A stretch of 23,843 nucleotides of DNA from Raja brachyura (lineage: Eukaryota): assembly GCA_963514005.1 (NCBI GenBank). It is one part of the record OY740805.1 of this genome. One strand, written 5' to 3'. The translations under genes were made by a program, and so were the position numbers. Under the pieces are notes generated by a model. That model did no database searches and was not told the DNA's origin. It saw only the letters and a list, made by a program, of their open reading frames with translations. This document shows positions 10,238-20,820 of the stretch, piece by piece (the stretch's first letter is position 1; every line of letters starts with the position of its first letter).

Positions 10238-10960
10238 GTAGACACAAAATGCTGGAGTATCTCACGGGTGAGGCAGCATCTCTGGAGAGAATGAATGGGC
10301 GACATTTCTTCATGGGTCAAGACCTTTCTTCAGACTGAAGTCGGGGCAGTGGGTGGGACAAAGATAGAATGTAGTCGGAGACAGTAAGTCTAGTGGGAGA
10401 ACTGGGAAGGGGGAGGGCATGGAGAGAGAGGGAAAGCAAGGGCTATCTGAAGTTAGAGAAATCAATGTTCATACCGCTGGGGTGTAAACTACCCAACCGA
10501 AATATGAGGTGCTGTTCCACACTGGGCCTCATTCTGACCATGGAGGAGGCCCAGGACAGAAAGGTCAGATTGGGAATGGGAGGGGGAGTTGAAGTGCGGA
10601 GCCACCGGGAGATCAGGTAGGTTAAGAAGGACTGAGCGGAGGTGTTCAGCGAAACGACTGCCGAGTCTGCGCTTGGTCTCACCGATGTAGAGAGGTTTAC
10701 ACCCCAGCGGTATGAACATTGAATTCTCTAACTTCTGGTAGCCCTTGCTTTCTCTCCCCATCCCCTTCCCCTTCCCAGTTCTCCCACTAGTCTCACTGCC
10801 TCCGACTACATTCTATATTTTTCCCGCCCCCTCCCCTGAGATCAGTCTGAAGAAGGGTCTCGACCCGAAACGTCGCCCATTCCTTCTCTCCAGAGATGCT
10901 GAGTTACTCCAGCATTTTGCATCCCCCTTTGATTTAAACCGGCATCTGCAGTTCCTTCAT
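10238..10960. mobile_element. Penelope-like element: minus-strand GIY-YIG/pLTR copy (~10238-10692) fused to an inverted plus-strand pLTR copy (~10693-10960)
   Basis: GIY-YIG endonuclease remnant YIGETKRRLGSRFAEHLRSV..LPVAPHFNSPSH. The two arms are long inverted repeats. Confidence 0.85.
10847..10874 (+). ncRNA. Minimal hammerhead-ribozyme-like core in the Penelope pLTR (stem I degenerate)
   Basis: CUGAAGA-A-GGGUC-UC-GACCC-GAAA-C-GUC, with palindromic ACGU at the stem III position. Confidence 0.55.
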
Positions 10961-10964
10961 ATGC

Positions 10965-11820
10965 ATGTACCTGTCCAGATGTCTATTAAATGGCATGATA
11001 GCACCTGTCTCAACTACCTCCTCCAGCAGCTCGTTCACTATACATATCACACTTTGTGTAAAGAAGGTTCCCCTCTCAGTTTCTTGATAATGCCTCTCTC
11101 CTACCCTCACCTCACATTGTAAGCCACAGCGTGATACAGCATGGAAACAGGCCCTTTCCACCAACTTGCCCATAGCGGCCAACATGTCCCATCTACACTG
11201 GTCCCATCTGCCTGTGTTTGGTCCATATCCCTCCACATCTATCCTATATGCCTGTCCAGATATTGTTTTAATACCAGATAGTCCCAGTCTCAACTACCTC
11301 CTCTGGCAGCTTGTTCCATACACCCACCACCCTCTGTGTGAAAACGTTACTCCTCAGGTTCCTATTAAATCTTTTCCCTTTCACCTTGTACCTATGTCCT
11401 GTGGTCCTCTATTCACCTACTCAGGGCAAGAGACTCTGTGCGTCTACCTGATCTATTCCTCTCATGATTTTAGATGCTCTTATAAGAACCCCCCCATCCT
11501 TCTGAGCTCCATGGAATGGAGACCCAGCCGACTCAACCTCTCCCCATAGCTCAAACTCTCTAGTACTGGCAACATCCTCCTAAATCTTCTCTGGACCCTA
11601 TCAAGCTTGACAACATCTTTCCTATAACATGGTGCCCAGAACTGAACACAATATTCTAACTGCGGTCTCACCAACGTCTTATACAACTACAACATGACAT
11701 CCCAACTTCTATACTTAATACTCTGACTGATGGAGGCCAATGTGCCAAAGGCCGTTTTGGCCACCCTATCTAACTGTGACTACACTCTCAATGAACCATG
11801 CACCTGCCATCCTAGATCAA
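10965..11820 (-). mobile_element. CR1 LINE fragments (older ~10965-11100; 3' portion ~11125-11820)
   Basis: ORF 11480-11686 (YKTLVRPQLEYCVQFWAP..VQRRF) plus 3' UTR. Confidence 0.85.
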
Positions 11821-11934
11821 CCTCTTTCCTATACTCCAGTTACTCCGGCATTTTGTGTCCATTTTCCGCTCGACTTTGGGATGTTTCCATGTTCCAAGAC
11901 TCCACATGGCCAATAACTGGGTTTACAATCTACA

Positions 11935-12356
11935 GGCTTGCCTGGAGCGGCTGGGCTTTTACACTCTGTGGCTTAGAAGGATGAGCGGAGATCTTATTGA
12001 AACATATAAGATTATTAAGGGATTGGACACACTAGAGGCAGGAAACATGTTCCCGATGTTGGGGGAAACCGGAACCAGGGGCCACACAGTTTAAGAATAA
12101 GGGGTAAGCCATTTAGAACAGAGACGAGAAAACACTTTTTCACCCAGAATTGTGAGTGTGGAATTCCCTGCCACAGAAGGCAGTGGAGGCCAGTTCTCTG
12201 GATACTTTCACGAGAGAGCTAGATAGGGCTCTTAAAAATATCGGAGTCAAGGGATATGGGGAGAAGGCAGGAACAGGGTACTGATTGGGGATGATCAGCC
12301 ATTGAATGGCGGTGCTGGCTCGAAGGGCCGAATGGCCTACTCCTGCACCTATTGTC
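11935..12356 (+). mobile_element. CR1 LINE 3' fragment
   Basis: LERLGFYTL..GDLIETYKIIKGLD and the 3' UTR ending cctactcctgcacctattgtc. Confidence 0.9.
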
Positions 12357-12359
12357 TCC

Positions 12360-12849
12360 TAGGATCGCCAACTTTCCCACCCAAATAAGGGACAAAAGGT
12401 CAAAATACGGGACAAATTCCCCACGGCAATACGTTAACCGACTGGGCCGTGTCTGGGTGAATGATGAGTTGGCCCCGGGTGCTGGACTGCACACAAAGCC
12501 CAGCCGGCGGGCCAGCTGAGGAGTTTTGCCCGGGGGCAGCGCGCAAAGTCCGGCGCCCCGTCCAACTCATGAACCGATGATCGGCCATGAGAAGGAGGGG
12601 TGGTGGTGGTGGTGTCGGCGGTCAGCGAAGGCCCGAAGGTCGGACAGCTGGCCGGGCTGCCGACCGACCGACGGGGCCACGGGCGAGGCGCTGCTGCTGC
12701 TGCACTCCATGGGCTGCACTACGTCGGGGCGGGTGAGGCAGGGTCCCCTCGGCCCGACTAGTAGCAGCCAAATACGGGACAAGGGCGAAACCAATTTAGC
12801 CCAAAGTGCGGGATGTCCCGGCTAATACATGACAGTTGGCAAAACCCTA
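12360..12849. mobile_element. Non-autonomous hAT (Tip100-like) DNA transposon
   Basis: Imperfect terminal inverted repeats taggatcgccaac / gttggcaaaacccta, 8-bp TSD ttgtctcc (12352-12359) / ttgcctcc (12850-12857), and subterminal aaatacgggac repeats. Confidence 0.8.
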
Positions 12850-13111
12850 TTGCCTCCTCGCCACCCCTCATCAACCACCCCCACCCTCCCCTCTCTTCCC
12901 AAGAGCGACCCCACTGAGCAACAGAAATCCAACTCACCCGTGGCCACAGACAGGATCCAAACAATGGCCCCTGGCCCCACCATCACTGGATAAACCACAG
13001 GGGAAATGGAAATTCAGCGACCAGATGGCAACGGACTTTGTGCTAAAACCGTCCTCTCTCCAGCCTCCCCTCTCTCTCCCTCCATCCAATCTCACACCAC
13101 ACAACACGTGC

Positions 13112-13228
13112 CGACTTGTAGGTTAATTGTCCCTGTTGTAAAATTGCCCCTGAGTGAGAAGATAGTGGTCGACAAAGCGGGATAACACGAGGGACCTGTT
13201 TCCACGCTGTATCTCTCAACTCAACTAA
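13112..13228 (+). mobile_element. V-SINE 3' fragment, degenerate
   Basis: ttgtaggttaatt..gtaaaattgcccc..cctgtttccacgctgtatctc. Confidence 0.55.
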
Positions 13229-13244
13229 GAAGCGCTCGCTCTCA

Positions 13245-13367
13245 TTGTATCTCTGTCTCTCTCTCCCTCTCTCTCTCTGTGTCTCTTTGTCTCTCAGTCT
13301 CTCCCTCTCCCTCTCTCCCTCCCTCCCTCCCTCCCTCTCTCTCTCTCTCTCTCCCCCTCTCTCTCTG
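13245..13367. repeat. (CT)n/(CCCT)n microsatellite
   Basis: Direct reading. Confidence 0.9.
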
Positions 13368-13670
13368 ACCGCCGGTACAAGAATAAGTAGATTTGTGCGC
13401 TTGGGTCGCGGTTTGAAGGACTAGCACTCGCTCTATTTCCATGTCAGCGTGAACAGATCAGGCCGAACGCGCTAGCGAGCAGCCGAAGTCAGAAGTGGCT
13501 ATTTGTGATCTTTAAGCGAGAGTATTATTAGAGCGATATATAGCGCGGAAACAGGGCCACGGTAGACACAGGGTGCTGGAGTAACTCGGCGGCTCTTCAG
13601 TGTAAGTCAGCATCTGCAGTTCCTTCATGCACATAAAGAATTGCAGATGCTGGTTTATACTAAAGATAGA

Positions 13671-13934
13671 CACAGAGTGCTGGAGTAACTCAGCGGGTCA
13701 GGCAGCATCTGTGGAGAACATGGATAGGTGACGTTTCACAGAGTGCTGGAGTAACTCAGCGGGTCAGGCAGCATCTGTGGAGAACATGGATAGGTGACGT
13801 TTCACAGAGTGCTGGAGTAACTCAGCGGGTCAGGCAGCATCTGTGGAGAACATGGATAGGTGGCGTTTCACAGAGTGCTGGAGTAACTCAGCGGGTCAGG
13901 CAGCATCTGTGGAGAATATGGACGGGTGACGTTT
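13671..13934 (-). repeat. 4 x 66-bp tandem array of the Penelope pLTR 3' segment
   Basis: cacagagtgctggagtaactcagcgggtcagg starts at 13671, 13737, 13803 and 13869; copies are nearly identical. Confidence 0.95.
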
Positions 13935-14078
13935 CGGGTGGAGACCAAACACAGGCAGATGGGACTAGTGTATTGGGGCATGTTGGTGGGAGTGGGCAAG
14001 TTGGGCTGAAGGGCCTGTTTCCACACTGCACGACTCGACACAGTTATTTAAATTGTATTAAATTGCACTTGTACCCAC

Positions 14079-14224
14079 CTCCAGCATCCGGTGGCACGGA
14101 CACACTGGGAGCTGTGGGTGAGGCAGCGTTGCCACGGTGAGTGAGGATGGCACACACCCTCTCTGCATCGTCTGCCAGCCTGGTGTGGTGTGCCAGGCTC
14201 GTGCCCACCTGACCCGCCCCGTCC
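14079..14224 (-). other. Candidate exon (146 nt) of unknown coding status
   Basis: Acceptor ctttatcttctctctggcgCAG| and donor GAG|GTGGGT in a unique island. All three frames are open. No recognisable protein similarity. Confidence 0.35.
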
Positions 14225-14435
14225 CTGCGCCAGAGAGAAGATAAAGTGGGTCAGACAGATGTCTACAGTCACAGGGTGGCACAGAGACCCGGGCACAAGC
14301 GTTTCAGAGCACTGTGAGAATCGTCACTTGTACATACGTACGTCAGCAACTCTAGTCTGAAAGGGGTCATCATTTACCGCTCTGTTACACACCCACCCAC
14401 CCTCCCCCCCGCTGGCATCAACAGCCCGCGTCTAC

Positions 14436-14481
14436 CTGGTGGTGATGTGGCCTCATCCTCTCCACATGTGCCCGCTCACAC
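14436..14481 (-). other. Candidate exon (46 nt)
   Basis: Acceptor cccctgtatttaCAG| and a weaker donor CAG|GTAGAC, in unique sequence next to an L1 insertion. Confidence 0.25.
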
Positions 14482-14508
14482 CTGTAAATACAGGGGATCA
14501 AAGTCAAT

Positions 14509-15237
14509 TGTCTAACTTAATGCCACTATAGCACATTCCTTTGTCTCTTGTATAAAACTGTATAAATTTTGGAATGAAATTTTTGGAATTTTTACAAAAC
14601 TATTTAACACAAAATTGAACCCCAATACTGAACTGATTATCTTTGGATCAATGGAAGAGGGAAGTAAACTAACTATATTCCAAGAAGCTTTTCTTAATTA
14701 CGGTCTAATAAGAGCAAAAAAAACTTATACTCAAATTTTGGAAAAACGCAACCATGCCAACATTCAAAATGTGGATGTCAAATATGTCTGAAACGCTTCA
14801 TCTTGAAGAAATGAGATTTCTCCTACTAGGCAAAGTAGACCAATTCTCAAAGACTTGGTCTCCTTTAATCAACTTTTTACAAGCATATGGTGCAACATAA
14901 CATAACCTCAGAAATTAAATGGTTTAGAACCGGGTGACGGATGGGCAAAAATACGAAATAGGTAGTTCTCTCCTAATCTCTATTTTCTTTACTTTCTCCT
15001 TCTATTTCAATCTTTTCAGCTTCTCTTCTATGTCCTTTATTTCTTTTGCTATCTGTTTCCACTCGCTTGTCTGTCTATTCCGACACTCTGTATTTCTTTT
15101 TTCTCCCACTGTTCTTTTATTATTAAATCAAAAAAAAAAGTTGTACAAGAATGGAAATATGTATGTATGTATGTATTAGGTACTCAAGTACCACACTATT
15201 GTACTTACTTCTAACAAAAATAAACAACAACAAAAAA
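14509..15237 (+). mobile_element. L1-clade LINE 3' end with poly(A) and ~9-bp TSD
   Basis: ORF2 C-terminal remnant (ATIAHSFVSCIKLYKFWNEI), T-rich UTR, AATAAA and A-tail. TSD aaagtcaat at 14500-14508 and 15238-15246. Confidence 0.85.
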
Positions 15238-15702
15238 AAAGTCAATGTAGACACAAGGAAGCGCAGATGCTGCTTTACAAAAACAAGGCACAAAGTGCTG
15301 GAGGAACCGCAGATGCATTCACCCTCGCACCACCCCTACACACTTATCCCCAACCCCCCCCACCCCCCCAGTGTGGAGGAGCGTACCATTACGTTAACTC
15401 GCTCTGTGCAACGAGCCGACTGGCGGCAGCGTTGCTCTGTCCAGCGGTAAGTTCAACCTGACGGTAAGTTTTACCTTCTTTCCAGGTTATTGAGTTTTCT
15501 TTTTTGCAGGAATCTCTGTACAAAGATATAATTGGGGCGAAGTCCGGACGGGCCGCGAAACCGGTCATGGACCGCGGGGAATCCCGGTCTCGTCCACGGA
15601 TACCGGGACCGAGGGGAAACCGGCTACAGAGACCGCGGAAGTGCAGGTAGCCGGCAGCCGTCGGATTGGCCACCCAAAAGCCACTGACAACACAGTCAGT
15701 GG

Positions 15703-16005
15703 CCTCCAGACCGGCGGTGGTTCCCCGTAAGGGGGTAAAACTAACCACGAGCCGGCAAGGTCTGTGAAGTCAGGCCAGGAGGGTTCCCCCCCACATACAG
15801 GGGCCAGCTATTTCCAGACCGCTGTGGTTCCCCAGGTAGGGGATAAACCAACAGCAGTGGGGCAGGCCTGTGGAAGTCAGGCCAGGAGGGACCCCACCAA
15901 CATATGGCGGTCAGCCGCTTCCATACCGCTGTGGGTCCCCTGAAAGGAGGTCAAACCAAAGGTAAGACGGTCAGGCCTGTGGTCTAGCGTAGTCAGGCCA
16001 GGAGG
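15703..16005 (+). repeat. Three diverged ~107-116-nt repeats with a shared predicted secondary structure, inside an unclassified GC-rich element (~15370-16020)
   Basis: agtcaggccaggagg ends at 15782, 15889 and 16005. Each unit has tcc-a(g/t)a-ccg..gtgg(t/g)tcccc. Confidence 0.75.
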
Positions 16006-16020
16006 TTTCCTGATGGAGAG

Positions 16021-16630
16021 TCAAGTCAAGTCAAACAAACTTTATTGTAATTTAGAAATACATTGATATATGCAGTTCCAAACGAAATTACGTTGCATTT
16101 GGCTCCCTGTGCAACACGATAAATTAACAGAAGGATAAACATGGATAAAGAGGATAAAAAGGATAAAAGGATAATAGACAATGGTGGCAGCCCATTACAT
16201 GGCATTCAGGAGTCTGATGGCTCGTGGGAAGAAGCTGAAGATATGAAAGTGAATTAGGTGTCAAATTAAACTTATTTTTATGCTTTATCTGATGGGATAA
16301 ATTGCAGACTTGATTTTTAAAATCTCAAAATTTTGTAACATTGCTAATAAGTGGTTGAAAAGCAAGAAAGCATTTGCTGTGCGGGGAGGATTATTTTGTG
16401 GAATCTTCTTTTACTCTTTGGTATTTTAAATACATTCATTTTAAGATAAAAATTAAAATAGAAGACAAACAAAACACATTAATAAAAATAAAAGGATTTG
16501 TTCTACAAAATTTGGATTCATTCCAAAGGCCGCAGTTAGCCTAGAAAGCCGCACGTGGCCTTAGGGCCCCAGGTTTCCCACCCCTGGATAAGAGCGTGGA
16601 AGAAGCTGTCCTTGAATCTGCTGCTGTGTT
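16021..16630 (-). mobile_element. Rex1-like LINE 3' end interrupted by a hAT-like MITE fragment (~16236-16586)
   Basis: (tcaag)n tail, then gggaagaagctg...gaagaagctgtccttgaatctg, with hAT-type terminus aggtttcccacccctg at ~16571-16586. Confidence 0.5.
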
Positions 16631-16712
16631 ATCTCCATTTATCTAATATAAAATTTGGATGCTTGTTACTTTGAGATAATCTGATAATTTTGGTCCAACT
16701 ATTCCTGATTTT

Positions 16713-19222
16713 ATAACCATATAACCATATAACAATTACAGCACGGAAACAGGCCATCTCGGCCCTTCAAGTCCGTGCCGAACAACTTTTTTCCCTTAGT
16801 CCCACCTGCCTGCACTCATACCATAACCCTCCATACCCTTCTCATCCATATGCCTATCCAATTTATTTTTAAATGATACCAACGAACCTGCCGCCACCAC
16901 TTCCACTGGAAGCTCATTCCACACCGCTACCACTCTCTGAGTAAAGAAGTTCCCCCTCATGTTACCCCTAAACCTCTGTCCCTTAATTCTAAAGTCATGT
17001 CCTCGTGTTAGAATCTTCCCTATTCTCAAAGGGAAAAGCTTGTCCACATTAACTCTTTCTATCCCTCTCATCATTTTAAAGACCTCTATCAAGTCCCCCC
17101 TTAACCTTCTGCGCTCCAGAGAATAAAGACCTAACTTATTTAACCTATCTCTGTAACTTAGCTGTTGAAACCCAGGCAACATTCTAGTAAATCTCCTCTG
17201 TACCCTCTCTATTTTGTTGACATCCTTCCTATAATTGGGCGACCAAAATTGTACACCATACTCCAGATTTGGTCTCACCAACGCCTTGTACAATTTTAAC
17301 ATTACATCCCAGCTTCTATACTCAATGCTCTGATTTATAAAGGCTAGCATACCAAAAGCTTTCTTTACCACCCTATCTATATGAGATTCCACCTTCAAGG
17401 AACTATGCACGGTTATTCCCAGATCCCTCTGTTCAACTGTATTCTTCAATTCCCTACCGTTTACCATGTACGTCCTATTTTGATTTGTCCTGCCAAGGTG
17501 TAGCACCTCACATTTATCAGCATTAAACTCCATCTGCCATCTTTCAGCCCATTTTTCCAACTGGCCTAAATCACTCTGTAGACTTTGGAAATCCTCTTCA
17601 TTATCCACAACACCCCCTATCTTGGTATCATCTGCATACTTACTAATCCAATTTACCACCCCTTCATCCAGATCATTGATGTACATGACAAACAACAAAG
17701 GACCCAATACAGATCCCTGAGGCACCCCACTAGTCACCTGCCTCCAACCCGACAAACAGCCATCCACCATTATCCTCTGGCTTCTCCCATTCAGCCACTG
17801 TTCAATCCATCTTGCTATTCCTGCATTTATACCCAACAGTTGAACTTTCTTAACCAACCTTCCATGAGGAACCTTGTCAAAGGCCTTACTGAAGTCCATA
17901 TAGACAACATCCACTGCTTTACCCTCGTCAATTTCCCTAGTAACCTCTTCAAAAAATTCAAGAAGATTAGTCAAACATGACCTTCCAGGCATAAATCCAT
18001 GTTGACTGTTCCTAATTAGACCCTCTTTATCCAGATACTTATATATATTATCTGTAAGTATCTTTTCCATTAATTTGCCCACCACTGAAGTCAAACTAAC
18101 CGGTCTATAATTGCTAGGTTTACTTTTAGAACCCTTTTTAAACAATGGAACAACATGCGCAGTACGCCAATCCTCGGGGACTATTCCCGTTTCTAATGAC
18201 ATTTGAAATATTTCTGTCATAGCCCCGGCTATTTCTACACTAACTTCCCTCAATGTCCTAGGGAATATCCTGTCAGGACCTGGAGACTTATCCACTTTTA
18301 TATTTTTCAAAAATGCCAGTACTTCTTTTACTTTGAAACTCATAGTATCCATAGCTACTCTACTAGTTTCCCTTACCTCACATAATTCAATATCCTTCTC
18401 CTTGGTGAATACCGAAGAAAAGAAATTGTTCAATATCTCCCCCATCTCTTTTGGCTCTGCAGATAGCTGTCCACTCGGTCTCTCCAATGGACCAATTTTA
18501 TCCCTTGTTATCCTTTTGCTATTAATATAGCTGTAGAAACCCTTTGGATTTACTTTCACCTTACTTGCCAAAGCAACCTCATATCTTCTTTTAGCTTTTC
18601 TAATTTCTTTCTTAAGATTCTTTTTACATTCCTTATACTCAAGCACCTCATTTACTTCATGCTGCTTATAATTATTGTAATCTCCCTCTTTTTCCGAACA
18701 AGATGTCCAATTTCCCTTGAAAACCAGGGCTCTTTCCAATTTTTACTGGTTCCTTTCAACCGAACAGGAACATAAAGATTTTGTACTCTTAAAATTTCCC
18801 CTTTAAATGTCCTCCATTTCTCCTCTACATCTTTCCCATAAAACAAAATGTCCCAGTTCACTCCTTTTAAATCATCTCGCATCTCGTTAAAGTTAGCCTT
18901 TCTCCAATCAAAAATCTCAACCCTAGGCCCAGTTCTGTCCTTCTCCATAATTATATTGAAACTAATGGTATTGTGATCACTGGACCCGAAGTGTTCCCCT
19001 ACGCATACCTCCGCCACCTGTCCCGTCTCATTTCCTAACAGGAGGACCAGGACTGCTCCTCCTCTAGTAGGCACCTCTATGTATTGCTGCAAAAAACTAT
19101 CCTGCACACATTTTACAAACTCCAAACCATCCAGCCCATTTACAGAATGTGTTTCCCAGTCTATGTGTGGAAAGTTGAAATCTCCCACAATCACTACCTT
19201 GTGCTTACTACTAATATCTGCC
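16713..19222 (-). mobile_element. 5'-truncated CR1-clade LINE (HER1-like), apparently young
   Basis: ORF2 endonuclease C-terminus (VGDFNFPHIDW, GSSDHNTISF) and complete RT (KSPGPD, NYRPVSLTS, QHGF, DFSKAFDKV, GVPQGSVLGP, YADD). 3' (TTATATGG)n-type tail at ~16713-16731. Confidence 0.95.
16796..19194 (-). pseudogene. CR1 ORF2 (partial APE endonuclease plus reverse transcriptase) split by one frameshift near 18680
   Basis: ORFs 18652-19194 and 16796-18739 join as ...PWFSREIGHLVRKKREI / YNNYKQHEVNE... if one base is restored. Confidence 0.9.
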
Positions 19223-19329
19223 TTGCAATTTTGGCCTTGCAGTTATCTGAGGAAAATACTGATCACTTGACCAAGCATTTCTACCACCGCAACTGGATTT
19301 GAACCAGTATTTGTGGATGATTAGTCAAC

Positions 19330-20110
19330 ATGTTAGACGGAGAAGTGACATTTCAAGTTTAATCCTGATGTGGGCAAGTTGACACATGTTGGAGGGATAA
19401 ATAAAACCAGGATATTCACCATGAATGACAAGGTCCTAGAGACCACTGAGAAACGCCCATGCAAATCCAAGCGCAGGCTTGGCGATCACTTCGCCCAACA
19501 CCTCAGCTCGGCTCGCAATAACCAACCTGATCTCCCGGTGGCTCAGCACTTCACCTCCCCCCCCCCATTCCCAATCCGACCTTTCTGTCCTGGGCCTCCT
19601 CCATGGCTAGAGTGATGCCCACCGTAGATTGGAGGAGTAGCACCTCATATTTTGCATGGGCAGTTTACATCCCAGCGGTATGAACATTGACCTCCAATTT
19701 CAAGAAGTCCCTGCTTTCTCCTGCCCTTCTCAGCTCTCCCTCAGCCCACTGTCTCCGCCTCTCCCTTTCTTCTTCCCGGCCCCCCCCCCCCCACCCTCAC
19801 ATCAGTCTGAAGAAGAGTCTCGACCCGAAATGTCCCTATTTCCTTCACTCCATCGATGCTGCCTCACCCGCTGAGTTTCTCCAGCATTTTTGTCCACATA
19901 CAAATCCATAGATCCCTAAAGTCAGCAGTACACACAAAGACAACATTTAACATTCTTGTCATTAGCTGCAGCATAGAATGCAAGTCAAGGGAGGCCTTGA
20001 TACAGGGAGTGTGCAATTCTGATCTCCATACTGTGGGAAGGATGTCTTTGCACCGGAGACGATGCCGAGGAGATTCATCAGGATATTGCTCGGAAATGAA
20101 TATTTCAATT
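19330..20110 (+). mobile_element. Old degenerate CR1 RT fragment split by a Penelope-like insertion
   Basis: FNPDVGKLTHVGGINKTRIFTMNDKVLETTE aligns with FNADKCEVLHLGRTNQNRTYMVNGRELKNTVE of the young CR1, and the fragment resumes at ~19901 (IHRSLK). Confidence 0.65.
19455..19898 (+). mobile_element. Penelope-like element 3' fragment (GIY-YIG remnant plus pLTR)
   Basis: KRRLGDHFAQHL..DLPVAQHF, and a hammerhead-like core at 19807-19834. Confidence 0.85.
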
Positions 20111-20333
20111 ACCAGCAGACCTGGCGTGATTTAAGTCGTCTTCCTTGAAAAAGAGTGCTGATTTATCAGACAATTCCTGCATCCGCCCACCTGTGACTGT
20201 GATGTCCCAGTAGATGTCAACTCTCTGTGCTCAGTCCCTTCCCCATTCCCACTTCAGTTTGAACATCATTTCTTGCATCAGTTGCACACCCACTGTCAGG
20301 GCATCATATATATGTCACAGAAAGCTCACAAAC

Positions 20334-20425
20334 CTTTTTGTTCCTTTGATGTAGAGGCCACTGAATCACGTCCGCAGTCACCAGCTTCAGCCATGATGTC
20401 GACAGACGATCACATCTCTGTAGTT
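20334..20425 (-). other. Candidate exon (92 nt) with Kozak-context ATG
   Basis: Acceptor tgtttattcCAG| and donor AAG|GTTTGT. atcATGG at 20394 would give MAEAGDCGRDSVASTSKEQK, phase 1 out. Confidence 0.25.
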
Positions 20426-20542
20426 CTGGAATAAACATTAACAGACCCATCAGGTGACAATTGAATGTGAAGGAAGACATTGCCTTGTGAACCAACAAAC
20501 AGCATTACGGTGCAGCGGAGATGTGGAAAACACCCCTTCCAA

Positions 20543-20820
20543 ACAATAGACAATATGTACAAGAGTAGGCCATTCGGCCCTTCGAGCCAGCACCACCATC
20601 CAATAGACAATAGGTGCAGGAGTAGGGCATTCGGCCCTACAAGCTAGGGTCGCCATTCACTGTGATCCTGGCTGACCATCCACAATCAGTACCCCGTTCC
20701 TGCCTTCTCCCCGTATCCCCTGACTCCCTATCTAACTCTCTCTTGAAAGCATCCAGAGAACCGGTCTTCACCCCCCCTCTGAGGCAGAGAATCCAACAGA
20801 CTCACAACTCTCTGCGTGGA
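20543..20820 (-). mobile_element. Two stacked CR1 3' tails
   Basis: agacaata..ggagtaggccattcggccc occurs twice. Confidence 0.8.

Noticed and set aside
13369-13442. MEIERVLVLQTATQAHKSTYSCTG as the leader exon (phase-1 G|GTCAGA)
   Set aside because: Weak donor, insufficient hydrophobic core, and it abuts a microsatellite; not supportable without transcripts.
13671-13934. CRISPR-like array
   Set aside because: The units are contiguous with no unique spacers, the sequence is eukaryotic TE-derived, and there are no cas genes.
17585-18530. Plus-strand ORFs 17585-17980, 18203-18385 and 18333-18530
   Set aside because: Antisense shadows of the CR1 RT ORF.
20355-20434. Plus-strand terminal exon (ATESRPQSPASAMMSTDDHISVVLE*) with overlapping AATAAA
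   Set aside because: No upstream plus-strand exons were found, and it overlaps an equally plausible minus-strand candidate.
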